62,196 nucleotides of DNA from Candidatus Saccharibacteria bacterium UBA6209 (GTDB taxonomy: Bacteria > Patescibacteriota > Saccharimonadia > Saccharimonadales > Saccharimonadaceae). The first letter of the stretch is position 1. Each line of letters begins with the position of its first letter. The notes below the pieces were generated by a model. It did not search any database. It saw nothing but the letters and a program-made list of their open reading frames with translations, and had not been told where the DNA came from. Both the position numbers and the translations under genes were made by a program. This document shows, in pieces, positions 39,472 through 49,273 of the stretch. Location of the stretch: positions 1 to 62,196 of the forward strand of contig CAJPKE010000001.1 in assembly GCA_905370345.1 (NCBI GenBank), written 5' to 3'.

Positions 39472-41442
39472 CTACATTGTATGGCGAATTTCTGCAATTA
39501 AGTCACGCAGTTCTGCCGCTTTTTCAAATTCCAAATTAGCGCTATGCAATTCCATTTGCGCCGTCAGATCTTTAATCAAAGCCGGATATTCGTCTTTTGG
39601 AATTTTCTTCAGGTTAAGCTTTGGCTTTTTATCAGATTCTTTTTGCGGAATAATCGAACGCAAACCATCGTCAATTTTCTTCTGAATGGTTTGTGGCGTG
39701 ATATTATGCTCTTCGTTATATTTCTGCTGGATCGCTCGACGTCGATTCGTTTCGTCAATTGCTCGACGCATACTATCCGTAACATTGTCGCCATACATAA
39801 TAACTCGCCCATCAACGTGCCGCGCCGCTCGCCCAATTGTCTGAATTAGCGCCTGTTCACTACGCAAGAAACCTTCCTTGTCGGCGTCCATAATTGCTAC
39901 CAAACTGACCTCCGGAAGGTCCAGACCTTCACGCAATAGATTAATTCCAACCAGCACATCATACGTTCCGAGCCGCAAATCTTTCAGAATATCACCACGC
40001 TCCAGCGTATCAATTTCGCTATGCAAATATGCCGTCTTCACGCCGTTTTCCGTCAAATAAGCGCTCAAGTCCTCCGCCATTCGCTTGGTTAGTGTCGTCA
40101 CCAACACGCGATGACCTTTCGCAATCGTCTGGCGAATTTCCTCCATCAAATCATCTACTTGCCCATCGGTTGGTCGAACTTCAATCGGCGGATCAAGCAA
40201 CCCAGTCGGTCGAATAAGCTGCTCAGCTGGCTTTGGCGAATGAGAAAGCTCATAATCTCCCGGCGTGGCGGAAACATAAATTGCCTGATGAATATGCTGA
40301 TTGAACTCGTCAAATCGAAGTGGGCGATTGTCCAGCGCGCTCGGAAGACGAAAACCATGCTCAACCAAAACTTCCTTACGGGCGCGATCGCCGTTGTACA
40401 TTCCCCGAACTTGAGGCAATGTCATGTGCGATTCGTCAACCAAAAGCAGCCAATCATCCGGAAAATAATCAATCAAAGTTGCCGGCTGCTCGCCAGGTTC
40501 TCGGTCGGTCAAATAGCGCGAATAATTCTCAATCCCTTTCACGAAACCGGTTTCCTTCAGCATTTCCAAATCATATTTGGTGCGCTGACTTAGTCTTTGT
40601 GCCTCTAAAAACTTGCCATTATCTTCAAACCATTTCAGTCGTTGATTAAACTCATTCTCAATTCCAACAATCGCTTTTTCAATTCGCTCACGCGGCGTCG
40701 AATAGTGGCTGGATGGGAAAATTGTCAATTGATCTGGACGATCCAAAATCTCGCCGGTCAAAGGGTCGATCTTCGTCAGCCGCTCAATTTCATCGCCAAA
40801 GAATTCCACGCGAACCGCAGTATCTTGACCCGCCGGAAAAATATCCACAACATCGCCGCGCACCCGAAAAGTTCCTCGCGCAAAATCGATGTCGTTGCGC
40901 TTATACTGAATGTCGGTCAATAAGCGGATAAATTTATCCTGAACTCGGCGCTCACCAACGGTCAATTTAATAGCCATGTCAGCGTAAGTTTCTGGCGAAC
41001 CAATACCATAAATACAACTCACGCTCGCCACGATAATTACGTCACGGCGTGTAAGCAGTGCAGAAGTCGCAGCATGTCTAAGCCGATCAATTTCGTCATT
41101 GATCTTCGAGTCTTTTTCAATATAAGTATCACTTGAGGCAATGTACGCCTCTGGCTGATAGTAATCAAAATAGCTAACAAAATAATGAACTTCATTGTCC
41201 GGAAAAAATTCCTTAAACTCAGAAAAAAGTTGCGCCGCCAAAGTCTTATTGTGAGCCAAAACCAGCGTCGGCACATTGCGCTCGGCAATAATATTCGCCA
41301 TAGTAAAAGTCTTACCAGAACCAGTCACGCCCAGCAAAGTTTGCTCGCGCTGACCTTTTTCCAAACCCTCGACCAACTGAGCAATTGCTCGCGGCTGATC
41401 ACCCGTGGGCTGATACGAAGAAGAGAGGCGAAATTTATTCAC
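39472..41442 (-). CDS. uvrB: Excinuclease ABC subunit B
   Basis: [43 protein letters not shown]-terminal UVR. Confidence 0.98.
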   Translation of the reverse strand: MNKFRLSSSYQPTGDQPRAIAQLVEGLEKGQREQTLLGVTGSGKTFTMANIIAERNVPTLVLAHNKTLAAQLFSEFKEFFPDNEVHYFVSYFDYYQPEAYIASSDTYIEKDSKINDEIDRLRHAATSALLTRRDVIIVASVSCIYGIGSPETYADMAIKLTVGERRVQDKFIRLLTDIQYKRNDIDFARGTFRVRGDVVDIFPAGQDTAVRVEFFGDEIERLTKIDPLTGEILDRPDQLTIFPSSHYSTPRERIEKAIVGIENEFNQRLKWFEDNGKFLEAQRLSQRTKYDLEMLKETGFVKGIENYSRYLTDREPGEQPATLIDYFPDDWLLLVDESHMTLPQVRGMYNGDRARKEVLVEHGFRLPSALDNRPLRFDEFNQHIHQAIYVSATPGDYELSHSPKPAEQLIRPTGLLDPPIEVRPTDGQVDDLMEEIRQTIAKGHRVLVTTLTKRMAEDLSAYLTENGVKTAYLHSEIDTLERGDILKDLRLGTYDVLVGINLLREGLDLPEVSLVAIMDADKEGFLRSEQALIQTIGRAARHVDGRVIMYGDNVTDSMRRAIDETNRRRAIQQKYNEEHNITPQTIQKKIDDGLRSIIPQKESDKKPKLNLKKIPKDEYPALIKDLTAQMELHSANLEFEKAAELRDLIAEIRHTM

Positions 41443-41469
41443 CTCTCTATTTTACTATATTTATGAAAA

Positions 41470-42069
41470 CTAGTCTTGGCTATAAGTTTGAGACGAGCCA
41501 GAAACTTCACATTTGCCGTCAACCAAACGAATCGGAACCGATGCCAACTTCAAGTCTGAGCACGGCATTCCGCCCTGTTGCGTACCTGCAACAATTGCAA
41601 TTTCACCAGTGCCATTCTTTGGTCCGATAATAGTATAAGCGTTTGTCAAGCCATATACTGCCGCATATTTTCCGTATGCACGGTCGATGATTGGCTCATA
41701 CACAGAACCTTCACGTTCTAGGATTGGCTGACCGACCTTAGACTTCAAGAACTTCTTCAAAGAACTGTCAATATCCAATTTATCAACATCGCTTGCTGAA
41801 GTTAAACGAATGCCCGTACCATCGCCTTTGGTTCGGAAATCTTTATATTCTTTCTTTGCCTCATTTGACGGCTCCTCGCCTTCACCGCGAGATTTTTCCA
41901 GTGAATCAGGCGAATCTTTCTTTGTTTGGCTGGTTTTTACTGAAGCGCTAGAATCCTTATCTTTATGCATAGCACCAGCAATTATCCAAGTAGCCATAGC
42001 AACAATGATTATGCCCATAACAATCACCGCCGCAATCAACCATTTATTAGCCGTTGATTTGTTCTCCAT
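41470..42069 (-). CDS. Membrane-anchored extracellular hypothetical protein
   Basis: N-terminal TM, Ser/Lys linker, C-terminal Cys pair. Confidence 0.7.
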   Translation of the reverse strand: MENKSTANKWLIAAVIVMGIIIVAMATWIIAGAMHKDKDSSASVKTSQTKKDSPDSLEKSRGEGEEPSNEAKKEYKDFRTKGDGTGIRLTSASDVDKLDIDSSLKKFLKSKVGQPILEREGSVYEPIIDRAYGKYAAVYGLTNAYTIIGPKNGTGEIAIVAGTQQGGMPCSDLKLASVPIRLVDGKCEVSGSSQTYSQD

Positions 42070-42192
42070 AAAACCTCCATTTAGATTGTGCTTTGATTAT
42101 ATATGATGGATTATTTACCGTCAGCGTATTGTAACCATAGGCATTTTATGATATAGTAATAAAGTTAAAATCATAAAATAAAAAGGATAACG

Positions 42193-42861
42193 ATGACACC
42201 GAAAAATGTTTGTATTCCGCGCGAATTGCAACTTCAAGCTGCGATGTTCAGATTAGGAAAAGTCGATGACGAAATTCATGCCGGCTATGAAATTCTCCAA
42301 AAATATCATAAAACCGTGACTTTTTTTGGATCAGCCAGGATAACTGAAGATAACGAATATTATCAAAAAGCCAAAGATCTAGCGTTTCAATTAGCTAAAG
42401 AAGGCTACACAATCATCACTGGCGGCGGTGGCGGAATTATGGAAGCGGCAAACCGCGGCGCTATGGAAGCTGGCGGAAAATCAGTCGGATTCAACATTCG
42501 CTTGCCACACGAGCAATCCTTAAACAACTACACGACAGATTCGTTCGCATTCACTCACTTCGCGCCACGAAAAATCGTTATGACGCTTCTGGCTGACGCG
42601 TACGTTTGTTTCCCTGGCGGATTCGGTACGATGGATGAAATTTGTGAGATTATCACATTGACACAAACTAAGAAAATGGCGCCAGTGCCAATTGTTCTGT
42701 TTGATAAAAAATTCTGGGGCAAATGGGATGATTTTGTTTGCGAAAATATGCTTCCAAATAAGCTAATTTCTGACGGCGATGAAAAAACCTACACAATTAC
42801 TGAAGACATTACGGAAGTAGTTGAGCTAATTAGGAATCAGCGAACTTGTTGCGACCGATAG
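42193..42861 (+). CDS. LOG family nucleotide phosphoribohydrolase (TIGR00730-like)
   Basis: FFGSAR, TGGGGGIMEAANRGA, PGGFGTMDE. Confidence 0.9.
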   Translation: MTPKNVCIPRELQLQAAMFRLGKVDDEIHAGYEILQKYHKTVTFFGSARITEDNEYYQKAKDLAFQLAKEGYTIITGGGGGIMEAANRGAMEAGGKSVGFNIRLPHEQSLNNYTTDSFAFTHFAPRKIVMTLLADAYVCFPGGFGTMDEICEIITLTQTKKMAPVPIVLFDKKFWGKWDDFVCENMLPNKLISDGDEKTYTITEDITEVVELIRNQRTCCDR

Positions 42862-43341
42862 CTATTTCTTAGTTTTCGGCTCAATCCAACAAATTCCGCC
42901 CTGGCAAACCACTCGCTCCACAGCTGGATTATATGTGCGCGGGTGGTTTTTATATCGGCGCGTAATCTCAAATCCCAGACCTCGCTTGCCATACGTTGTT
43001 TGCTGCTTTCCCAGAGGTAACTGGCAATGATAGTTATTTATAATGTCAATCGGATTAAACGAAATCACTTGCCCATCAACGTCCAAAAGCACCCATTCAG
43101 AAGCCTTGAACGGCGCCCATTTGTCCACTTTCGGCGCAATGGCCATTAGTGATTGATAAATTTCTTCTGCCGTAGCGTTTGACGGATCCAGACCTAGAGA
43201 TCGAATAATCGAGTGCGCCCTAGCCAATATTTCCGCAATCAATCGCACATCGCTATCATCCCTAGTCATCTGCCTGAGCTCTGTCAACGCTCGGCGTTTT
43301 TTCACGTCACCGCCTAACAATTTTCCCAAATTTTGCGCCAT
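42862..43341 (-). CDS. Hypothetical protein
   Basis: 159-aa ORF translationally coupled to the PfkB gene. Confidence 0.7.
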   Translation of the reverse strand: MAQNLGKLLGGDVKKRRALTELRQMTRDDSDVRLIAEILARAHSIIRSLGLDPSNATAEEIYQSLMAIAPKVDKWAPFKASEWVLLDVDGQVISFNPIDIINNYHCQLPLGKQQTTYGKRGLGFEITRRYKNHPRTYNPAVERVVCQGGICWIEPKTKK

Positions 43342-44303
43342 TATATTTCCCTTTCTTGAATTGGCATAGCATGAAGCACCGTGCCAGCATATAAAATTCC
43401 AGCCTTTGCTCCAATTTTCATAACCACCGAACTAGCGTTCGCACTGCCCATAATCACAGAGTTTTTCAAATTGCCACTTCGCGCCCATTCACTCAAAAAT
43501 CCCGACGCAAACGCATCTCCAGCGCCAGTTCTGTCAATTGACGGTCTATCGTCGTACATTAGCGCTCGCACGATGGTTTTTCCGTCGCTTGCGATTGAGC
43601 CATTTACACCGTCCGTCACCAAAACGACCGGAACTAATCTCAAGCCTCTCCTAACCAAGGCCTCCAAATCCTCGCCAGACACCAATTGTTGCATCTCCTC
43701 TTTATTAAGCGTCAAAACGTCGACATCAGACAATAATCCCAGCAATTTATCCTTTTGCGCCAATTCTTTCTTTCCAGGATTAAAACAGATTTTCATATCG
43801 CGACGCTTGGCTTGCTGGAATAATTTATGAAGCATCGGCATATTTCCCGCCAAAGTTGAAACATATAGCCAATCCGCGTCCTCTTCAGACAAATCAAAAT
43901 CCGCCTCATGATAATGCGTTGAAGCACCGCGGTACGTTAAAATTGTTCGCTCGCCATTTGAGGCTAATAGTAAAACTGAATATCCCGTGCTATATTTTGG
44001 CGAATATCGCACCAAATGCGTATCAATATTTTCCTTATCCAAGTCAGCAATCACTGCTTGCCCAGCTGGATCATGACCGATTGCGCCCATAAAACTAACA
44101 TAATGCCCTTGCCTGGAAAACGTTACCGCGGCGTTCGTAGCGCCACCGCCAGTCGAAAAATGAATCTGGTTTACGTCGGCTTTCGCCCCCAAATCCAACC
44201 GCGCAAAACAATGTTCTGGACTTTCACAAACTGGCGTCAGTGCGTCTGATTGACTTAAAAACACATCTTGAATCGCCGCACCAACGGTGATAATTTTTGC
44301 CAT
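43341..44303 (-). CDS. PfkB/ribokinase family carbohydrate kinase
   Basis: GGGATNAA, NKEE, DRTGAGDAFASG. Confidence 0.9.
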   Translation of the reverse strand: MAKIITVGAAIQDVFLSQSDALTPVCESPEHCFARLDLGAKADVNQIHFSTGGGATNAAVTFSRQGHYVSFMGAIGHDPAGQAVIADLDKENIDTHLVRYSPKYSTGYSVLLLASNGERTILTYRGASTHYHEADFDLSEEDADWLYVSTLAGNMPMLHKLFQQAKRRDMKICFNPGKKELAQKDKLLGLLSDVDVLTLNKEEMQQLVSGEDLEALVRRGLRLVPVVLVTDGVNGSIASDGKTIVRALMYDDRPSIDRTGAGDAFASGFLSEWARSGNLKNSVIMGSANASSVVMKIGAKAGILYAGTVLHAMPIQEREI

Positions 44304-45214
44304 TAAACCACCGCCTTTCGCACGGAATTAAACGCCTTAATCTTCGACTCCACCACTTCCTGTACGGCGGCATAAACTGGCGGCATTAATTTAACAATGG
44401 CGTACTCATTTGGATTTTCTCGCAAAGTTTTCTCCAGGGTTGTTCGGAAAGCGTAGCGCATATCAGAATTAATATTGATTTTAGAAACGCCAATTTTCGC
44501 AGCGTCCTCAAAATAATGTAGCGGCGTGCCAGACCCACCGTGCAACGAAATCTGACAATAAATCGCCTCACGAATGTCAGCCAACAAATCCAAATCCAAC
44601 ATTTTCGGAACTGGATATTTGCCATGCAAATTGCCAATCGCCGCCGCAAAAGTATCAATTCCAGTCGCCTCGACGAACGCACGCGCGCCCTCTGGCGTGG
44701 AAAAAGTCTTTTTTATTTCTTCGTAATTTATATCTTCCGTATGAACATTTGAACTTCCGCCAAAATAATGCGGCTCAGATTCCACTAGCGCGCCAGTAAA
44801 CTTGGCATATTCAACAACTTCACGAGTCTTCGCAATAATTTCCTCGTCCGAAGCGTCGTGATTCGCCTGAGAAATATCAATATGGACAAACTCATATCCA
44901 GCGTCAATGGCTCGCTTACAGCCCTCAACTGTCGGACCGTGGTCCAAATTCAAATACATTTCAATTCCGTACTCAGCCTTATAATTGTCCACCAGATCGC
45001 GAACGTTCTCTAGACCCATAGCCTTCACTTCGGCGTCGGAAACCTCAACCAACACTGGCGATTGGAGTTTTTGCGCCGCGCGTGCCACCGCAATCAGCGT
45101 TTCTTGATTGTCAATATTAAACGCCCCAACCGCAAAACGCTGCGCCCGTGTCCGCTGCATTAAATGACGCGCCCGTGTCGTGTTTTTCCGAATCTCTGAA
45201 ATCGATAATCCCAT
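44303..45214 (-). CDS. fba: Class II fructose-bisphosphate aldolase
   Basis: AVGAFN, LDHG, AIGNLHG, LHGGSG, KININSD. Confidence 0.9.
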   Translation of the reverse strand: MGLSISEIRKNTTRARHLMQRTRAQRFAVGAFNIDNQETLIAVARAAQKLQSPVLVEVSDAEVKAMGLENVRDLVDNYKAEYGIEMYLNLDHGPTVEGCKRAIDAGYEFVHIDISQANHDASDEEIIAKTREVVEYAKFTGALVESEPHYFGGSSNVHTEDINYEEIKKTFSTPEGARAFVEATGIDTFAAAIGNLHGKYPVPKMLDLDLLADIREAIYCQISLHGGSGTPLHYFEDAAKIGVSKININSDMRYAFRTTLEKTLRENPNEYAIVKLMPPVYAAVQEVVESKIKAFNSVRKAVV

Positions 45215-45273
45215 GCTGCCCCCTAAAATACTTATGGTAATTATATCAATTACTGCCCGCTATGCCAAGAGAA

Positions 45274-45379
45274 TTGACATCATGTTGTTTTGGTGATAAT
45301 ATAAAATAACTTTTGCCCAAGGCTTACCCCTAAGGGCGAAAGAGCCCTTTGGTCTTGAGCGTCAGGAGAGGAGAGGACA
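45274..45379 (+). promoter_or_regulatory. Cassette C promoter and leader
   Basis: TTGACA-17-TAATAT with TGn; 5' hairpin CTTTTGCCC/GGGCGAAAG 45310-45342; SD AGGAGAGGAGAGG. Confidence 0.72.
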
Positions 45380-45577
45380 ATGAGTCCCATCGTGCGAGCC
45401 GCTAAGCTAATGCTTAATGGCTTAATCTTTATCACCCTGATTGCGTGCGCAATCTGGTGTGCGGCGTTTATCTATTTCTTCTTAGCCTACGAACTACTCG
45501 AATCCTTGGCATTCGCCCTGGGGAGTATCTATCTTCTCGTGCTTATCTGTAGCATGATATATCACGATCGACCATAG
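45380..45577 (+). CDS. Orphan 65-aa two-TM membrane protein (cassette C)
   Basis: Two hydrophobic helices; own promoter, SD and terminator. Confidence 0.7.
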   Translation: MSPIVRAAKLMLNGLIFITLIACAIWCAAFIYFFLAYELLESLAFALGSIYLLVLICSMIYHDRP

Positions 45578-45585
45578 GCTAACAC

Positions 45586-45652
45586 AACCCGTCAGGACTA
45601 CTTGCTTTGAGGTCTTTAATTAGATCTTGGCGGTAGCTCCTGGCGGGTTTTT
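45586..45652 (+). terminator. Long-stem terminator of cassette C
   Basis: AACCCGTCAGGA/TCCTGGCGGGTT plus inner stems, then T tract. Confidence 0.7.
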
Positions 45653-46614
45653 CACTGGAGAAAATTGACAACACTACGAACAATTGAATCGACATCCAAA
45701 CCGTGCTTTTTCCATAATTCAGACATCTTGCCCGACTCTCCAAATGCGTCATTAACGCCAATTCGCTTCATCTTCACAGGCAAATTCTCACTAAGAACTT
45801 CTGTCACGCTTGAACCAAATCCGCCAGTGATCTGCCCTTCTTCCGCCGTAATGACGGCTTGGCATTTTTGAGCCGCGTTAAGCACAGCATCCTCATCCAA
45901 CGGCTTAATCGTCGGAAAATGAATCACTTCCGCCTGAATGTCATATTCATTCGCAAGCTTTTCCGCTGCCGACAGTAATTGATAAGTCATCACGCCAGTT
46001 CCAAACAAAGCAACATCTTTGCCGCGCCTCAACGTATAACTTTTTCCAATCTCAAAAGTAGATTGATTTAGGAACAGCGGTGTTTTTTCTCTTGGCAATC
46101 TTACGTAGTTTGGGCGTTTATCTCCAGCCATTGCCGCCGCTATGAGCTTAGCCTCATTAGTATCACCGGGCGCCAAAACCACCATATTAGGCAAACTTCG
46201 CATCAGCGCAATATCTTCCAGCATTTGATGCGTTGCGCCGTCCGGACCGACATTAAGCCCCGCATGAGAACCTATCAGCTTGACCGGCTGATTATTAAGG
46301 CAAATAGTCGTGCGAATCTGCTCCCAGTTGCGACCCGGACTAAACGTCGCATAACTGGCTACAAACGGAATATTTCCCATAGCCGCCAATCCAGACGCCA
46401 CGGTAACCAAATTCTGTTCCGCCACGCCAACTTCAATTACCCGCGGACTCCCGATTTCCTCGTAAAACTTACCAAAACCAACGCTTTCCATCAAATCCGC
46501 ACTCAGCGCCACCACCAAATTATTTTTCTTCGCAATATCCACCAAGCCTTCGCCAAAACCAACGCGAATTGCCGCAAGCTCCGAATTCTGCCAATTCTCC
46601 ATTAAGAAACTCAT
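45652..46614 (-). CDS. Transketolase, C-terminal subunit
   Basis: GVAEQN, GPDGATHQ, TIKPLD; start set at ATG 46614 overlapping the upstream stop. Confidence 0.92.
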   Translation of the reverse strand: MSFLMENWQNSELAAIRVGFGEGLVDIAKKNNLVVALSADLMESVGFGKFYEEIGSPRVIEVGVAEQNLVTVASGLAAMGNIPFVASYATFSPGRNWEQIRTTICLNNQPVKLIGSHAGLNVGPDGATHQMLEDIALMRSLPNMVVLAPGDTNEAKLIAAAMAGDKRPNYVRLPREKTPLFLNQSTFEIGKSYTLRRGKDVALFGTGVMTYQLLSAAEKLANEYDIQAEVIHFPTIKPLDEDAVLNAAQKCQAVITAEEGQITGGFGSSVTEVLSENLPVKMKRIGVNDAFGESGKMSELWKKHGLDVDSIVRSVVNFLQ

Positions 46615-47447
46615 TCGCCGCCTCCTCCACTCAATTGAGCAAGCGCCCACTCCGCTTCCTCGGCGTTTGGAGATTTTCCATGCCAGCGATAATCATATTC
46701 CATAAAATCAACGCCACGACCAGGAATTGTATGCGCAATTATCACACTCGGCCGCCGAGAGATCTTTGCCTTATCAATCGCCTGAATTATCGCCAAATGA
46801 TTATGCCCGTCAATCTCTTGCGCGTCCCAGCCAAAACTTCGCCATTTGTCCGCCAAATCACCTAGCGGCATCACCTTTTCCGTATCGCCACCAATCTGAA
46901 TATTATTTCTATCAACAATCGCAATTAAATTCGCCAGATTATATTTTTTCGCAAACATCGCCGCTTCCCAAATATTACCTTCGTCAAGCTCGCCATCGCC
47001 CAAACTGCAGTAAACGAACCGCTCAGAATTGCCACCCAAATATTGCAATGAATACGCCATGCCGGCCGCCTGACTTAGACCGCACCCCAGAGGACCGCTA
47101 GTTGTTTCAATTCCCGGTAAATTGCCACGTTCTGGATGACCCTGAAGCCTAGAACCAAATTTTCGCAAATTAGCCAACTCTTTCTTATCGAAAAATCCCC
47201 GCTCCGCCAGCGTCGCATATAAAAGCGGAGCATAATGACCGTTACTCATCACGAAAATATCCCGATATTCCCAATTAGGATCCTCAGGATCTAGCTGCAT
47301 GGCGTGAAAATACAAAACCGCCATAACATCAGCGAATCCCAAGCAACCAGCCGAATGGCCCGAACCAGCCTCGGACAACTCACGAATGACAGACTTTCGT
47401 AATTGTTGTGATATTTTCTTCAGACTAGTTATAGCGTCAATATCCAT
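46611..47447 (-). CDS. Transketolase, N-terminal subunit
   Basis: SGH, SNGH, LQGHP, SGPLGCG, GDGELDEG TPP motif. Confidence 0.93.
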   Translation of the reverse strand: MDIDAITSLKKISQQLRKSVIRELSEAGSGHSAGCLGFADVMAVLYFHAMQLDPEDPNWEYRDIFVMSNGHYAPLLYATLAERGFFDKKELANLRKFGSRLQGHPERGNLPGIETTSGPLGCGLSQAAGMAYSLQYLGGNSERFVYCSLGDGELDEGNIWEAAMFAKKYNLANLIAIVDRNNIQIGGDTEKVMPLGDLADKWRSFGWDAQEIDGHNHLAIIQAIDKAKISRRPSVIIAHTIPGRGVDFMEYDYRWHGKSPNAEEAEWALAQLSGGGGE

Positions 47448-48097
47448 TAAAGCACGCTCGTTTTATTAATCTCCTGCTGCAATCTGGCGAAAATGGCGCG
47501 AGGATCTGACGATTTCTGAATAACACCGCCAACGTTCAGAACGTTAACACCGCCCTGAACTAGGCTGTACGCATTATCTACCGCCACTCCACCGTCCCAA
47601 CCGATTTCAACACTAGGATTAATAGCTTTAATAAGTCGTATTTTTTCTAGTTGCATCAAACTAGCAGTTCCACCAAATCGCCCCAGTTCACCGCTAAAAA
47701 TCATTACGTGATCTGCTATTTTTATCAATTCCTCAACCGTTCGCGGAACCGTTGGCTTAAGTAGCGCTAATCCCGCCATAATTCCAGCTTGACGAATCTG
47801 CATGAGCGCGGTCTTCACATCTCCCGTCGCCTCCGCGTGAATAATAATCATATGCGGCCTTAAGGCAATCAACTTCGGAACATACTCAGCAACATCATTA
47901 ACCATTGCGTGAATATCAATCATCCAACCCTCTGGCGCCCATAATTCTGGAATTCCAACAGTCAGAGTCGGAGCAAACTCACCATCAGAAATGTCAATAT
48001 GAACACGCTCAACAAGACCAGTTATCTTATCAACCTGCTCTTTATATTGATCGGCATTTTCTGCCAAAATTGCTGGTGCGATTACAGAATTACTCAT
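47447..48097 (-). CDS. rpe: Ribulose-phosphate 3-epimerase
   Basis: APAIL, HIDISDGEF, DIHAMV, DGGV. Confidence 0.88.
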   Translation of the reverse strand: MSNSVIAPAILAENADQYKEQVDKITGLVERVHIDISDGEFAPTLTVGIPELWAPEGWMIDIHAMVNDVAEYVPKLIALRPHMIIIHAEATGDVKTALMQIRQAGIMAGLALLKPTVPRTVEELIKIADHVMIFSGELGRFGGTASLMQLEKIRLIKAINPSVEIGWDGGVAVDNAYSLVQGGVNVLNVGGVIQKSSDPRAIFARLQQEINKTSVL

Positions 48098-48546
48098 GAC
48101 AATTCATCCAATTGCGCATTACGCCTATTAAATCGCGGAGCATTCGCATAAGGAGTGTTTAGCCATGTTTCCACAATCCCCTTCCAAGCAGACTCATTAT
48201 CTTCCAAAACTCGCGCTGGCAAACATAGAACATTCGAGTCGTTATCTTGGCGTGTCATTTTCGCCTCGAAAGCATCCCAAATCACACTGGCACGAATTCC
48301 CTTAAAGCGGTTCGCCGCCATACACATTCCTTGACCGCCGCCGCAAATTAATATCGCACGCGGATCTTTACTATCATCACCAATGACCTTTAACGCCGCC
48401 GCCTGCGCGAATTGCGGAAAATCGTCATCAGGATTTAATTCTACACCGCCGACGTCTTGCACGTCATAGCCGTTCTTAACCAAATAAGCAAAAACTTTTT
48501 CTTTCAGCATAAAGCCGCGGTGATCAGATCCGAGGTAGATTTTCAT
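48094..48546 (-). CDS. rpiB: Ribose-5-phosphate isomerase B
   Basis: GSDHRG, CGGGQG, ANRFKGIRA, NDSNVLCL. Confidence 0.92.
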   Translation of the reverse strand: MKIYLGSDHRGFMLKEKVFAYLVKNGYDVQDVGGVELNPDDDFPQFAQAAALKVIGDDSKDPRAILICGGGQGMCMAANRFKGIRASVIWDAFEAKMTRQDNDSNVLCLPARVLEDNESAWKGIVETWLNTPYANAPRFNRRNAQLDELS

Positions 48547-48621
48547 GATTTTAGTATAAGCGTTTTCGGTGATTTTTGCAAGGAAAAGTTAGGTATTTTA
48601 TCAGAGGTAGAGTGTAGCTAT

Positions 48622-48770
48622 TTGACAAAGAGCGTTGACATCTTGTGACTGGTATGATATACATATATTAGCTTTTCAAACCGTGAAAAGCGACTCCCGG
48701 GGAGTTCACCCCGATTGAGGTCGCGGTTCTGAAAAGCCGCACCTCAAAATTTTCTCTAGGAGGAGAAATC
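48622..48770 (+). promoter_or_regulatory. Cassette D promoter and structured leader
   Basis: Tandem TTGACA (48622, 48635), 17 bp, TGA-TATACAT; hairpins 48671-48691, 48716-48747 and SD-covering TTTCTC/GAGAAA. Confidence 0.75.
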
Positions 48771-49154
48771 ATGTCTACTGAGATTTTGACTACCATCACG
48801 ATTTATATCTTGGTGGGAGGACTGTCCGCAGCTTTGACTGAGGCACTGTACTGTCGCCAACTGGCTAAAGCGAGCGTACTCGCTGCAGCCGTGTCCGCCG
48901 CTATCCATCTCGTATTCGTCATGAGCGCGTGGAAGGAAGCAGCGGAGGAGGCACCATATCAGGTGGTATCCCCGCTGCTGACGGCAGTATGTGACGCTCC
49001 TGCTTGGGCAGCCGTCGTCTTTTTGACGACGGGCATCGTACTCGCAGCCATCCAGCGGCACCGCGAAAAGGTCGCCGAAAAGAAGTTGATGGCAGCTCTG
49101 ACGAAACCCTTTGGGGTCAATGAACCCGAGGAGAATGAGTCTGAGAAGGACTGA
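48771..49154 (+). CDS. Orphan membrane protein, ~3 TM (cassette D)
   Basis: 127-aa GC-rich ORF, AGGAGGAG SD, charged tail. Confidence 0.75.
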   Translation: MSTEILTTITIYILVGGLSAALTEALYCRQLAKASVLAAAVSAAIHLVFVMSAWKEAAEEAPYQVVSPLLTAVCDAPAWAAVVFLTTGIVLAAIQRHREKVAEKKLMAALTKPFGVNEPEENESEKD

Positions 49155-49226
49155 GGTGCTACGCGCCAGCAGAAGGCGCGCTAAGATAAATATTCTGTAA
49201 AACAAAACCGTCGGAAATCCCGGCGT

Positions 49227-49262
49227 CCCCGCACTATCACGGTGCGGGGTTATTTCCTTTTT
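49227..49262 (+). terminator. Terminator of cassette D
   Basis: CCCCGCACT-ATCAC-GGTGCGGGG then TTATTTCCTTTTT. Confidence 0.75.
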
Positions 49263-49273
49263 GGAAGATGGCC

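Noticed and set aside
45310..45350. c-di-GMP or other known riboswitch in the cassette C leader
   Set aside because: The GAAA-containing hairpin lacks the rest of the consensus
29740..49262. Ribozymes at the ends of cassettes B, C and D
   Set aside because: No hammerhead, twister, pistol or HDV core recognised by eye; only hairpins
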